Assembly (NCBI GenBank): GCA_020632335.1
Contig: JACKFV010000001.1
Coordinates: 120,001 to 152,000 of the forward strand
DNA: 32,000 nucleotides
Direction: 5' to 3'
Source of the DNA: Candidatus Saccharimonadota bacterium
GTDB lineage: Bacteria; Patescibacteriota; Gracilibacteria; UBA4473
A model generated the notes under the pieces. It worked only from the letters and a program-made list of their open reading frames with translations. It ran no database searches and was not told the DNA's origin. The stretch's first letter is position 1; the number at the start of each line of letters is the position of its first letter. A program made the translations under genes and the position numbers. Positions 16,125 through 25,900 of this stretch are shown in pieces.

Positions 16125-16982
16125 CGCTCCTGCTGACGGCAACGCAAGCAAAATAGCCGTGAGCTCCGCGGGATTCTCTTGTGGTATGCGGTGCCCGAGG
16201 GAAGGAAACACCACCGACGACGCCTCCGGGAGCGCCTGCAACAACTGCACACTGCTCAGCGGAGACACCATAGGGTCCTCTCCGCCCCACACCAGGGTCA
16301 GCGGTACGGCCAGCTCACTATAGCGCTCTTCGAGTGGCTGCATGTTGTACTCTCTGGCCTGGTTCTCGGCAAAGGTGGTACGCAGCACACGCGGGAGCAG
16401 CGCCGCTATCCAGCCCGGCAGAATACTCACAGGCGCCGGCGGATTATAGACCGTATAGTACAGCCCCGCGGTGTTGACTATCTGGGCTATTTGCTCCGGT
16501 GCCTCCAGCCCCATGGCTATAGCCAGTACCGCGCCATAGCTATGCCCCGCCACCACCGCGTGCGGTTTGCCCTCCAGCACGGGGAGGAGCAGTCTCGCCT
16601 CCGCCATGATGTCAGGCATGTATGGCAGGGGGGTGCCTCCGTAGCCCGGACGTTCAACAAGAATAAGGTGATAGCGCTCATACAGCGGGAGTGAGTGGAC
16701 CATCACCCGCCCATGCCGGAAGCCCCCGAACCCCCCATGGATGAAGAGCAGCGGCGGCCTAGTCTCATCACCCAGCACCATGTAGCGCACCCCGTCAGCC
16801 GTGTGGCGTACGCTGGCCGTCACCCCCTCAGGCGGAGCTATATACCACAGCGCCCCACGGTCACTCCCGGTAAGCAGCTCAAAGGCATGCAACAGGAGGA
16901 AAAGCCCCACGCAGAAGAAGACCCAGAGCAGCGCCATGGCCTTGATCACCCGCCAGATGTAGCGCCAGAGCGTCCGCAGCAT
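16119..16982 (-). CDS. membrane-anchored alpha/beta hydrolase
   Basis: N-terminal TM helix (AMALLWVFFCVGLFLLLHAF), the oxyanion region LLFIHGGFGG, and the nucleophile elbow GHSYG. The start was moved from 17021 to the ATG at 16982 because the longer ORF would run through the rpoB terminator. Confidence 0.8.
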   Translation of the reverse strand: MLRTLWRYIWRVIKAMALLWVFFCVGLFLLLHAFELLTGSDRGALWYIAPPEGVTASVRHTADGVRYMVLGDETRPPLLFIHGGFGGFRHGRVMVHSLPLYERYHLILVERPGYGGTPLPYMPDIMAEARLLLPVLEGKPHAVVAGHSYGAVLAIAMGLEAPEQIAQIVNTAGLYYTVYNPPAPVSILPGWIAALLPRVLRTTFAENQAREYNMQPLEERYSELAVPLTLVWGGEDPMVSPLSSVQLLQALPEASSVVFPSLGHRIPQENPAELTAILLALPSAGAS

Positions 16983-16988
16983 GCGCGC

Positions 16989-17016
16989 ACTATGGAGAAA
17001 TTGGCCTCCCTGGCAA
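16989..17016 (-). promoter_or_regulatory. candidate leaderless promoter for the hydrolase (TTGCCA-16-CATAGT-6-ATG)
   Basis: The minus strand reads TTGCCA gggaggccaatttctc CATAGT gcgcgc ATG, directly after the rpoB terminator U-tract. Confidence 0.4.
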
Positions 17017-17019
17017 CCC

Positions 17020-17042
17020 AAAAACCCCGCACTTCACGGGGT
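17020..17042 (-). terminator. intrinsic terminator of rpoB
   Basis: Minus strand: CCCCG tgaagtg CGGGG followed by TTTTTGGGTT, beginning about 30 nt after the rpoB stop. Confidence 0.7.
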
Positions 17043-17074
17043 ACTCTGGGTATAACTGGGGTATAATTACTCTC

Positions 17075-20000
17075 CTACTCCTCGGTATCATCGCTCTCCT
17101 CTTCGCTATTCCCCATGTCCTCCATGTCTTCTGGCACCAGCGCGTCCTCCTCTACCACTATCTCTGTCTCGACCACCACGCTGAGTTCATCGCCCTCCTT
17201 ATCCCCGGTGACCATGCGCTGGGCGTCCAGGCGCTCGACTCCGTCAGGGGTACCGTCGCCATCAGCGTCTATGGTCTGTACCAGGTCTACTTTTAGTCCC
17301 AGGCTCTGCAACTCCTTCATGAGGACATTGAATGACTCGGGCACCGAGATGAACTCGATCGGCTCTTGCTTGATGATCGCCTCGTAGGCTTTTTGTCGGC
17401 CGTGCACGTCATCGGATTTGATGGTGAGCATCTCCTGCAGAGTATACGCCGCGCCATAGGCCTCCAGCGCCCATACCTCCATCTCCCCAAACCGCTGGCC
17501 TCCATTCTTGGCCTTCCCACCAAAGGGCTGCTGCGTCACCAGTGAGTAGGGCCCTACGCTCCGCGCGTGCACTTTGTCCTCCACCATGTGGCTGAGCTTC
17601 ATCATGTAGCACACCCCCACGACGGTCTTATGGTCAAAGGGTTGGCCGGTGCGCCCGTCGATGAGCTGGAACTTCCCGTCCGCCGGGAAGCCATTATACA
17701 CCAGCAGGTCTTGGATCTGGTCGAGCGAGAGGCCGTTGAGCACTGGGGTGGCGACTTTGATCCCCATTGCGTCGGCTGCCTGCCCCAGGTGGGTCTCCAG
17801 TACCTGGCCGATATTCATCCGGGAGATCACCCCATGCGGGTTCAAGATGATATCTACCGGCGTGCCATCCTCCATGTGGGGCATGTCTTCGGTCGGTACC
17901 ACGATGGAGATCACCCCTTTGTTCCCGTGGCGGCCGGCCATTTTATCCCCTGGCTCCAGGTGGCGCAGCTGGGCTACCTTCACCTGCACGCGCTTCAGCA
18001 CGCCGGTAGGGAGCTCATCGCCCTTGCTCTTCTCCAGGATATTAATGTCGATCACCTTGCCCCCGCTCCCCCGTGGCAGCTTCATACTGGTGTCCTTCAC
18101 GTCGCTGGACTTCTCCCCAAAGATAGCCCTCAGCAGCCGGTCCTCGGCCGTCAGCTCCGTTTCTCCCTTGGGGCTGACCTTCCCGCTGAGGATATCCCCC
18201 GCCATCACCGTAGCGCCAATGCGCACCACCCCCTCGTGGTCTAGGTCACTGAGCTTGGCGCCGCTCACATTCGGGATGTCAGCGGTCATTTCCTCAGGGC
18301 CCAGCTTGGTATCGCGCACGTCCATGTCATAGCTCTTGATGTGGATAGAGTTGAAGAGGCCCTTATCAATAACGTGCTGGCCGATGATCACCGCATCCTC
18401 AAAGTTATACCCTCCCCATGGCATATACGCCACGCGCAGGTTCTGCCCGAGGGCCGTCTCGCCCTTGTCGGTAGAGGCACTATCTACCATCAGTTCCCCC
18501 TCAGAGAGCTTCTGCCCAGCGGTTACTCGTGGGCGCTCAAAGAGGCAGGTGTCTTGGTTGGTGCGCTCAAAAGTCTTGATCTCATACACGTATTTCTTCC
18601 CGCTCTTCCCGATGAAGGTGAGCTTCTGCGCGTCGACTTGCTTGACCTCGCCGTCCTCTGGTGCGCGTACGCAGGCCATCACGCTGGTCACGCTTTCGGT
18701 CCCCGTGCCGACCACCGGGCTGTCGGGCGTCACGCAGGGCACGGCCTGGCGGCTCATGTTACTGGCCATCAGTGCACGGGTGTTCTCATCTGACTCGAGG
18801 AAGGCCAGCTGCGCGGTCGAGAGACTCACGATCTGCTTGGGCGAGATGTCCATATGCGTCACCTCGCTGACGGGGTACTGCCCGGGCTCGAAGTTCTTGC
18901 GGGCATTCACAAAGCCATCCTTGAATTCCCCCAGCGCATTCACGGCCGCATTGGCCTGCGCCACGCACATGGTCTTCTCGCTCTCGGCGTCGTAGTAGTC
19001 CACCTCGTCAGTCAGGTAACTATACACGGGCACCTCTTTGAGGTCCTTGATCTTCTCGAGCGTGGCGGCCACCGCAGTGTCGATGACGGTATCGGCCTTC
19101 ACGCTCACCTTCTTCCCGTCGAGGATATCGACCCGCACCGTGCGCCCGAGGAGCAGCTTAGCGTCGTTCTTGATGGTGTTTTTGATGGTACGGTAGGGCG
19201 TCTCGATGAAGCCCATAGCGTTGACCCGCGCGTAGCTGGCCAGGTAGAGCACCAGCCCGATATTCGGCCCTTCGGGGGTGGTCACCGCGCAGATGCGCCC
19301 GTAATGCGAGGGGTGGAGATCCCGCACCTCAAAGGTCGCCCGCTCACGGCTCAGCCCCCCCGGCCCCATAGCAGAGAGACGACGCTTGTGCTCCAGGGCG
19401 GTGAGGTGGTTGGTCTCGTCCATGAACTGCGAGAGCTGGCTGCTGGCGAAGAACTCGTGCATAGCGGCGGTGATGGGCCGGCTGTTGACGATCTGTGTTG
19501 GGGTCACGGTCTCCATCTCCACGATGCTCATGCGGTCTCGCACGATGCGCTCGGTGCGGCTCAGGCCCACGCGGAACTTCATCTTGAGGAGCTCGCCCAC
19601 CCCACGGATACGCCGGTTGGCCAGGTGGTCGATGTCATCGCCCTCACGCCGGCCTATCTGGCAGTCGATGAGCCCCTTGACCATATCAACAAAATCCTGC
19701 AGGTGAAACACCCGTCCCTCGGGGGTATTGGGCAGGTCTTTATGAAAGCTGCGGTTGATCTTATACCGCGCGATAGACCCCATGTCATAGCGCCGTGGGT
19801 TGTGGAAGAGGTCCTCCAGGAAGGCCTTGGCGTTCTCTGCCGTGGCCAGGTCTCCCGGGCGGATACGTTTATAGACGGTCTGCCAGGCCTCTGCGGGGCT
19901 GGTGGTGGTGTCCTTCAGTAGGGTATTGGTGAGGTAGTCCTCCTCCGCTACGCCGACGTAGCCCTCAAAGAGCGCCTTCACCGCGGCTTCCGTCTCTACC

Positions 20001-20626
20001 CCAAAGCACTTAAGGAACATCGTCACGGGGATTTTTCGCTTGCGGTCTACCTTCACCCACAGTACGTTTTTCTTGTCGACTTCTACCTCCAGCCAGGCGC
20101 CACGCTCGGGGATCATCTTCGCCAGGTAGGTGCCCGGCAGGCCCTGATTCTCCTGGAAGAATACCCCGCTACTGCGCACTATTTGGTTCACCACTACGCG
20201 CTCTACGCCGTTGATGACGAAGTAGCCCTCGGTCGTCAGCCGCGGGATATGCCCAAAGTACACGTCCTGCTCCTTGATCTCTCCGCTCTCTAGGTTCGTC
20301 AGCGCCACATGCGCGCGGATGACGCTCTCGTACGTCAGGCCCTTGACCTTACAGGTGGGGATGTCGTGCTTGGGGTCCTCTACCTCATAGTTGAGGATGC
20401 GCAGCTCTAGCTTCTTGCCCGTGGCGTCGGTGATGGGGTTGATCTCGTCTAGGAGCTCTTTGATCCCCTCACGCAGGAACCAGTCATACGACTGGGTTTG
20501 CAGCTCGATGAGGTCTGGGAAGGGGAAGTCCTCGCCCACCTCTGTGAAGAAATACCGGCCTAATTTCTGCCCTGTGGGGGTCAGTGTAGCGGGGAATTGC
20601 AGAGAGGATTTTGTCTTGGTAGCCAT
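17075..20626 (-). CDS. rpoB: DNA-directed RNA polymerase subunit beta, with an acidic C-terminal extension
   Basis: 1183 aa with diagnostic blocks throughout (e.g. FMDETNHLTALEHKRRLSAMGPGGL, GDKMAGRHGNKGVIS, GGQRFGEMEVWALEAYGAAYTLQEMLT). The usual C-terminal end, SFNVLMKELQSLGLKVDL, is followed by 68 extra D/E-rich residues. Confidence 0.98.
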   Translation of the reverse strand: MATKTKSSLQFPATLTPTGQKLGRYFFTEVGEDFPFPDLIELQTQSYDWFLREGIKELLDEINPITDATGKKLELRILNYEVEDPKHDIPTCKVKGLTYESVIRAHVALTNLESGEIKEQDVYFGHIPRLTTEGYFVINGVERVVVNQIVRSSGVFFQENQGLPGTYLAKMIPERGAWLEVEVDKKNVLWVKVDRKRKIPVTMFLKCFGVETEAAVKALFEGYVGVAEEDYLTNTLLKDTTTSPAEAWQTVYKRIRPGDLATAENAKAFLEDLFHNPRRYDMGSIARYKINRSFHKDLPNTPEGRVFHLQDFVDMVKGLIDCQIGRREGDDIDHLANRRIRGVGELLKMKFRVGLSRTERIVRDRMSIVEMETVTPTQIVNSRPITAAMHEFFASSQLSQFMDETNHLTALEHKRRLSAMGPGGLSRERATFEVRDLHPSHYGRICAVTTPEGPNIGLVLYLASYARVNAMGFIETPYRTIKNTIKNDAKLLLGRTVRVDILDGKKVSVKADTVIDTAVAATLEKIKDLKEVPVYSYLTDEVDYYDAESEKTMCVAQANAAVNALGEFKDGFVNARKNFEPGQYPVSEVTHMDISPKQIVSLSTAQLAFLESDENTRALMASNMSRQAVPCVTPDSPVVGTGTESVTSVMACVRAPEDGEVKQVDAQKLTFIGKSGKKYVYEIKTFERTNQDTCLFERPRVTAGQKLSEGELMVDSASTDKGETALGQNLRVAYMPWGGYNFEDAVIIGQHVIDKGLFNSIHIKSYDMDVRDTKLGPEEMTADIPNVSGAKLSDLDHEGVVRIGATVMAGDILSGKVSPKGETELTAEDRLLRAIFGEKSSDVKDTSMKLPRGSGGKVIDINILEKSKGDELPTGVLKRVQVKVAQLRHLEPGDKMAGRHGNKGVISIVVPTEDMPHMEDGTPVDIILNPHGVISRMNIGQVLETHLGQAADAMGIKVATPVLNGLSLDQIQDLLVYNGFPADGKFQLIDGRTGQPFDHKTVVGVCYMMKLSHMVEDKVHARSVGPYSLVTQQPFGGKAKNGGQRFGEMEVWALEAYGAAYTLQEMLTIKSDDVHGRQKAYEAIIKQEPIEFISVPESFNVLMKELQSLGLKVDLVQTIDADGDGTPDGVERLDAQRMVTGDKEGDELSVVVETEIVVEEDALVPEDMEDMGNSEEESDDTEE

Positions 20627-20739
20627 GAGGGAGAGCGTAAATCCGCCATGCCGAAGACCCCTGATGCGCCGTGGAGATCCTTATACAGAGACCACAAGCA
20701 TCCAGGAGAGAGACATAGAGGTGGGAGAATAACGCGGCA

Positions 20740-20767
20740 AGGGTAGGCAGTCCAGGTCATTTGTCAA
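20740..20767 (-). promoter_or_regulatory. candidate promoter for rpoB (TTGACA-16-TACCCT)
   Basis: The minus strand reads TTGACA aatgacctggactgcc TACCCT. It would give a leader of about 107 nt before the ATG at 20626. Confidence 0.4.
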
Positions 20768-20790
20768 GCCGCCCTCGGGGAGTTTCATCA

Positions 20791-22227
<1,437 letters not shown>

Positions 22228-22233
22228 AGCGCC

Positions 22234-22261
22234 AGTGTAGCGCTCCGCCAGCGGGAGACAA
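22234..22261 (-). promoter_or_regulatory. candidate leaderless promoter for cysS (TTGTCT-16-TACACT-6-ATG)
   Basis: The minus strand reads ggattttt TTGTCT cccgctggcggagcgc TACACT ggcgct ATG, with a T-rich stretch upstream. Confidence 0.5.
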
Positions 22262-22329
22262 AAAAATCCACTAGAATGAGGGAGCACATGCTTCCTATTC
22301 CAGTGGATGTTGAGACCAGGGACCTCTTC

Positions 22330-22590
22330 CTAAAATCCGAAAAGTCTTACCATACGATTCTTGTCTTTTTTAGAAAATGTTTTTACAGACGTTTTTGGGT
22401 CTTTAGCGTAAAGATTCATTGCCTCTCGAACATTATGAGCATAATAAATCAATCTCCGATGCTCTTTTCCAAAATACCCTTTTAGTATTTCGACAGTAAC
22501 GCCTTGTACGCTTTGCTCTTGAGCTACTTTTTCAGACTTAGATGGGCCTCCAGCTCTTCTTTTGGGGTGATCATTGCTAAATGATGACAT
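22330..22590 (-). CDS. small basic hypothetical protein (86 aa) in a low-GC islet; weak resemblance to a DnaA-domain-IV-type HTH
   Basis: ORF with an ATG start. Line 22381 counts 38% GC. The segment VTVEILKGYFGKEHRRLIYYAHNVREAM loosely recalls the ...FGGRDHTTVIHA...I... helix-turn-helix of the DnaA C-terminal domain. This rests on memory only and is unverified. Confidence 0.35.
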   Translation of the reverse strand: MSSFSNDHPKRRAGGPSKSEKVAQEQSVQGVTVEILKGYFGKEHRRLIYYAHNVREAMNLYAKDPKTSVKTFSKKDKNRMVRLFGF

Positions 22591-22791
22591 AGACTAATTT
22601 AGTTTTTAAAAAGTGAAAAAATAAGGAAAACAAACAACTATACCCGTCTGTACGCGTGCAGATGACTGTCGTCACTCTTCGTTACTCTTACTATACCCCC
22701 GATCTCTCAAAGAACTGCAGGCGCAGGATATCCTCTCATCACCATCTGATAACCAATAATAACCAGAGAATACCAGGCCTATGCACCGCAG

Positions 22792-22820
22792 AGCATACGA
22801 CGTGCAGCCCTCCCTGTCAA
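22792..22820 (-). promoter_or_regulatory. promoter-like element pointing toward the 86-aa ORF (TTGACA-17-TATGCT)
   Basis: The minus strand reads TTGACA gggagggctgcacgtcg TATGCT. It lies about 200 nt upstream of the ATG at 22590. Confidence 0.3.
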
Positions 22821-22861
22821 GGGAATCGCGACCTACGTCAGCGTCCCCTCCGCAGAGCCGC

Positions 22862-22890
22862 TTGTCTGGGTTGTTATTTTCTGCTACAGT
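22862..22890 (+). promoter_or_regulatory. candidate promoter for the 1349-aa gene (TTGTCT-17-TACAGT)
   Basis: TTGTCT gggttgttattttctgc TACAGT, 26 nt before the ATG at 22917. An in-frame TAG at 22893 fixes that ATG as the start. Confidence 0.4.
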
Positions 22891-22916
22891 GCTAGGATAC
22901 CTGCGTTTTCTCGCTC

Positions 22917-25900
22917 ATGTACCGCTTCCTCCGTCGTCACCTCCCCGCGCTGTGTGTGCTTGTGCTCACGGTGGGGGTGGGCGCCACGGCCTTTGCCACC
23001 AGTGATGAGTCGCTGCTGAACTTCAGCTCCATTACCAGTGTTATCCTGGATATCCTCGTGCTGCTCTACCTCAAGACCACCGAGGTGAATGACCTGCTGA
23101 TTGGCTCGCACCTGGTGCTGGGGGAGGAGGCCTACGCAGCGATGCGGCCGCTGTGGGTGAACGCGCGTAACATCGTGAATGTGCTGACGCTGGGCTACAT
23201 GACCTACCTGGGGATGGATAATATTATCCGGGGGATACAGGGGAAGAAATTCGGTCGCTACCACCTGAAGCAGATGGTACCCAAGGCGATGTTTGGCCTG
23301 GTGGCGGCGAATTTCACGTTACTGGGCATGGAGCTGATGATCAACACCATAGACCTGGGCTACCGCGCGGTAGTGAGCATAGGGGTGGAGAGCTGGGAGA
23401 GCCAGTTTCCGCGGAATATGATCGGGGAGGTGAAAGTAGACACCACGGGCGAGGAATGCTTCACCGACTCCCCCACCTGTAAGACGCTGGAGAAGTGGTT
23501 TAATGAGCTCTACTGCCCCATAGATTCTGGCTCCGGGAATACACAGACCCCCAGCGACGACTGCTTCTTTAAGATAAAAGCTGACCAAGTGCAAGAAGAA
23601 ACCGTGGATCTCATCCCCAATATTTTCTTGCCGTGGCTCTTCACCACCAGCAATATCCACTCGGCGCCCCTGCTGAGCCAGATGCTCTCTAACCTCAACG
23701 GCTTTGCGCGGAATATCCTCTACAATACGCTCTTTATGCTGGGGTTCACCGCGTCCAACCTCTACATCATGATGGCGCTGGTGCTGCGGGTGATCTTCCT
23801 GTGGATGTTTATTATCCTCTCGCCCTTCTTTATGATGGACGTAGCGATGGACCTGGGGCTGTTTATCCGCTCTACGGGCATCATGCGGAAGTTTGTGATG
23901 TTCCTGCTGGTACCGCTGAAGATCGCCTTTACCTTCACGGTGGGCTTTGTGATGATGAAGCACATGGCGGGCTACGCCAGCGACTTCCTCGACCATACCT
24001 TTATTATCTCCTCGGTGGGGATACACGGTGAGCAGGCCTTCTCCTACCTCTGGCAGGTGATGACCATAGCGCTCTTCTGGTATACGGCGGTGTGGTGCTT
24101 TGACGACCGGCTCTCCGAGCGGATTATCAATAGCGTCTCGGCCGCGGCTCAGAGTGCCAGCAATAGCGTCTCTGAGGCCTATAGCAGCCAGGGAGATACC
24201 AACATCGACAACGCCAATGTGCAGGTAAATGGCGGTGGCCCCACACTAAATGGCTCGCCCATAGGGGACGGGTCGGCACTCGGGTTCTCTCCGCTGGACA
24301 AACTCGTGCAGGGCAACCGCAGCATAGAGAATATCTTGGCCAGTGAGCAGAGTCGCGAGCTCAATCGCTTCCTCCCGACGGAGATCGGCAAGGTGATGAG
24401 CAGCCTGCAGGGCGAGGTAAACCGCGGGCTCATCAGCCTGCCAGAGCAGCTGGAGGGCATGGCGAATGTGGGCGACGCGAGCGCTACGCAGCTGCGGAGT
24501 ATGGCTACCACGCTCGGGCAGCTGCAGCCGGAGCTCTATGATGGGCGGAAACAAAGCCGCAAAGAGCCCGTCAAACCACAAGAATACCTCGTGCAGCAGC
24601 GTCTGCTGGAGGGCGCCAGTGGCACACTGGAGCGCACCGCGGACCGCTTGGAGGCCCTGCAGAAGGCCTACGAGCAGCCCCCCACGGCCACAGACACCCT
24701 CACCCCAGAGAGGTACCAGCAGCAGAAGGAGGAGATCATGACGCAGTTCCGCAAGGAGATGTTGGTCTACCAGGCGCGTAGTGAGCAGGCTCCTGAGGGT
24801 GTGCAACGCGTACGCGTAGAGCAGTCCCCCGCTGAGGCGAGAGAGAAAATGCTCACGGCCATGCCCGTGCCCTTTGAGGACAGAGAACTCACCAAGGCAA
24901 TTACAGAGCTGCGAGAGCAGCAGTCTGCCACCGGGCAGGTCATTACTACCGCGGAGCAGAGCGCCAGTACGGCTATGGCAGATACCAAAAAATCACTCAC
25001 CGAGAAACACGACGTACTGCAAGCCAGTATGGCTAAGCTCGCCCGGCACTATGAGGCGCTGGAGGAGAAGGAAGCTGCTGTGCAAAAGGTCCTCCAGAGC
25101 CTGCAAGCGGAGATAGCAGGGCTGGAATCCCTCCCCACTGCCGAGCATACCGAGCGTCATGAGTCCACCCTGCAGGAGCTACGCGAGAAAGAGCGCTATA
25201 TCAAAGAGACCGTGCTGGAGCGGAGTAGTGCCACCAGCATCACCACCGACAAAGCGGTACTAGAGGCCATGATGCAGCAGCTCCAGGCGCAGAATGCCCT
25301 CCTCCAGCGCCAGGCCGATGCCCGCACCGGGGCCGTCACGCCCGTGCCCACTCCCCCTCAACAGCAGGACGTGACCACTCAGCAGGTCACCATCACGGGC
25401 GCTCCTGTGGCTATTTCATCCCCGAGTACCGTCACCACTGCTACCCAGAACCCGGAGGTTCGCGCGGCGCTCGAGGCAGCTACTACCGCGCTGGTGGAGG
25501 CTAAAGAAGCCTTCATAGCTCCGCTCACGCCCCCCACTCCTGCAGAGGAGACTACAGAGCCGGTGACCGCCGTGGTCCTCAACCAGCCCGCCGTGAGTGA
25601 CACCCACGCCGCCGTGCAGACCGCCATTACGAGCTCCGAGCAGCACATCGCCGAGGCGAAGAATGCCGTACAGGCCGTGACCGAACGCACGGATATGACC
25701 GCGGTGGAGAGCCGCCTCAGTGGCATACGAGAGCAGCTGGAGGCCGAGCAGGCGCAGCTGGAGGAGATCCTCACCGCGCTAGAGCAGGAGAAAATCACCG
25801 TGCTGGAGCGAGAAAATAACGACGAAACCGCCCCCGCCGTGGTGCAGATCACGCAGCTGCAGCAGGCCGCAACGGCGCAGCACGAGCGAAATACGCAGGC

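Noticed and set aside
22290-22330. Possible tRNA 3'-end remnant or att site (ccagtggatgttgagaccagggacctcttcc) at the left edge of the low-GC islet
   Set aside because: It does not fold as a T arm plus acceptor stem on either strand, and it shares no meaningful identity with the 3' segments of tRNA-Pro, tRNA-Val or tRNA-Arg in this window.
22656-22895. 79-aa plus-strand ORF in the AT-rich islet upstream of the giant gene
   Set aside because: It has a GTG/alternative start, a Cys/Arg/His-rich product, and it overlaps the predicted promoter of the giant gene. There is no supporting signal.
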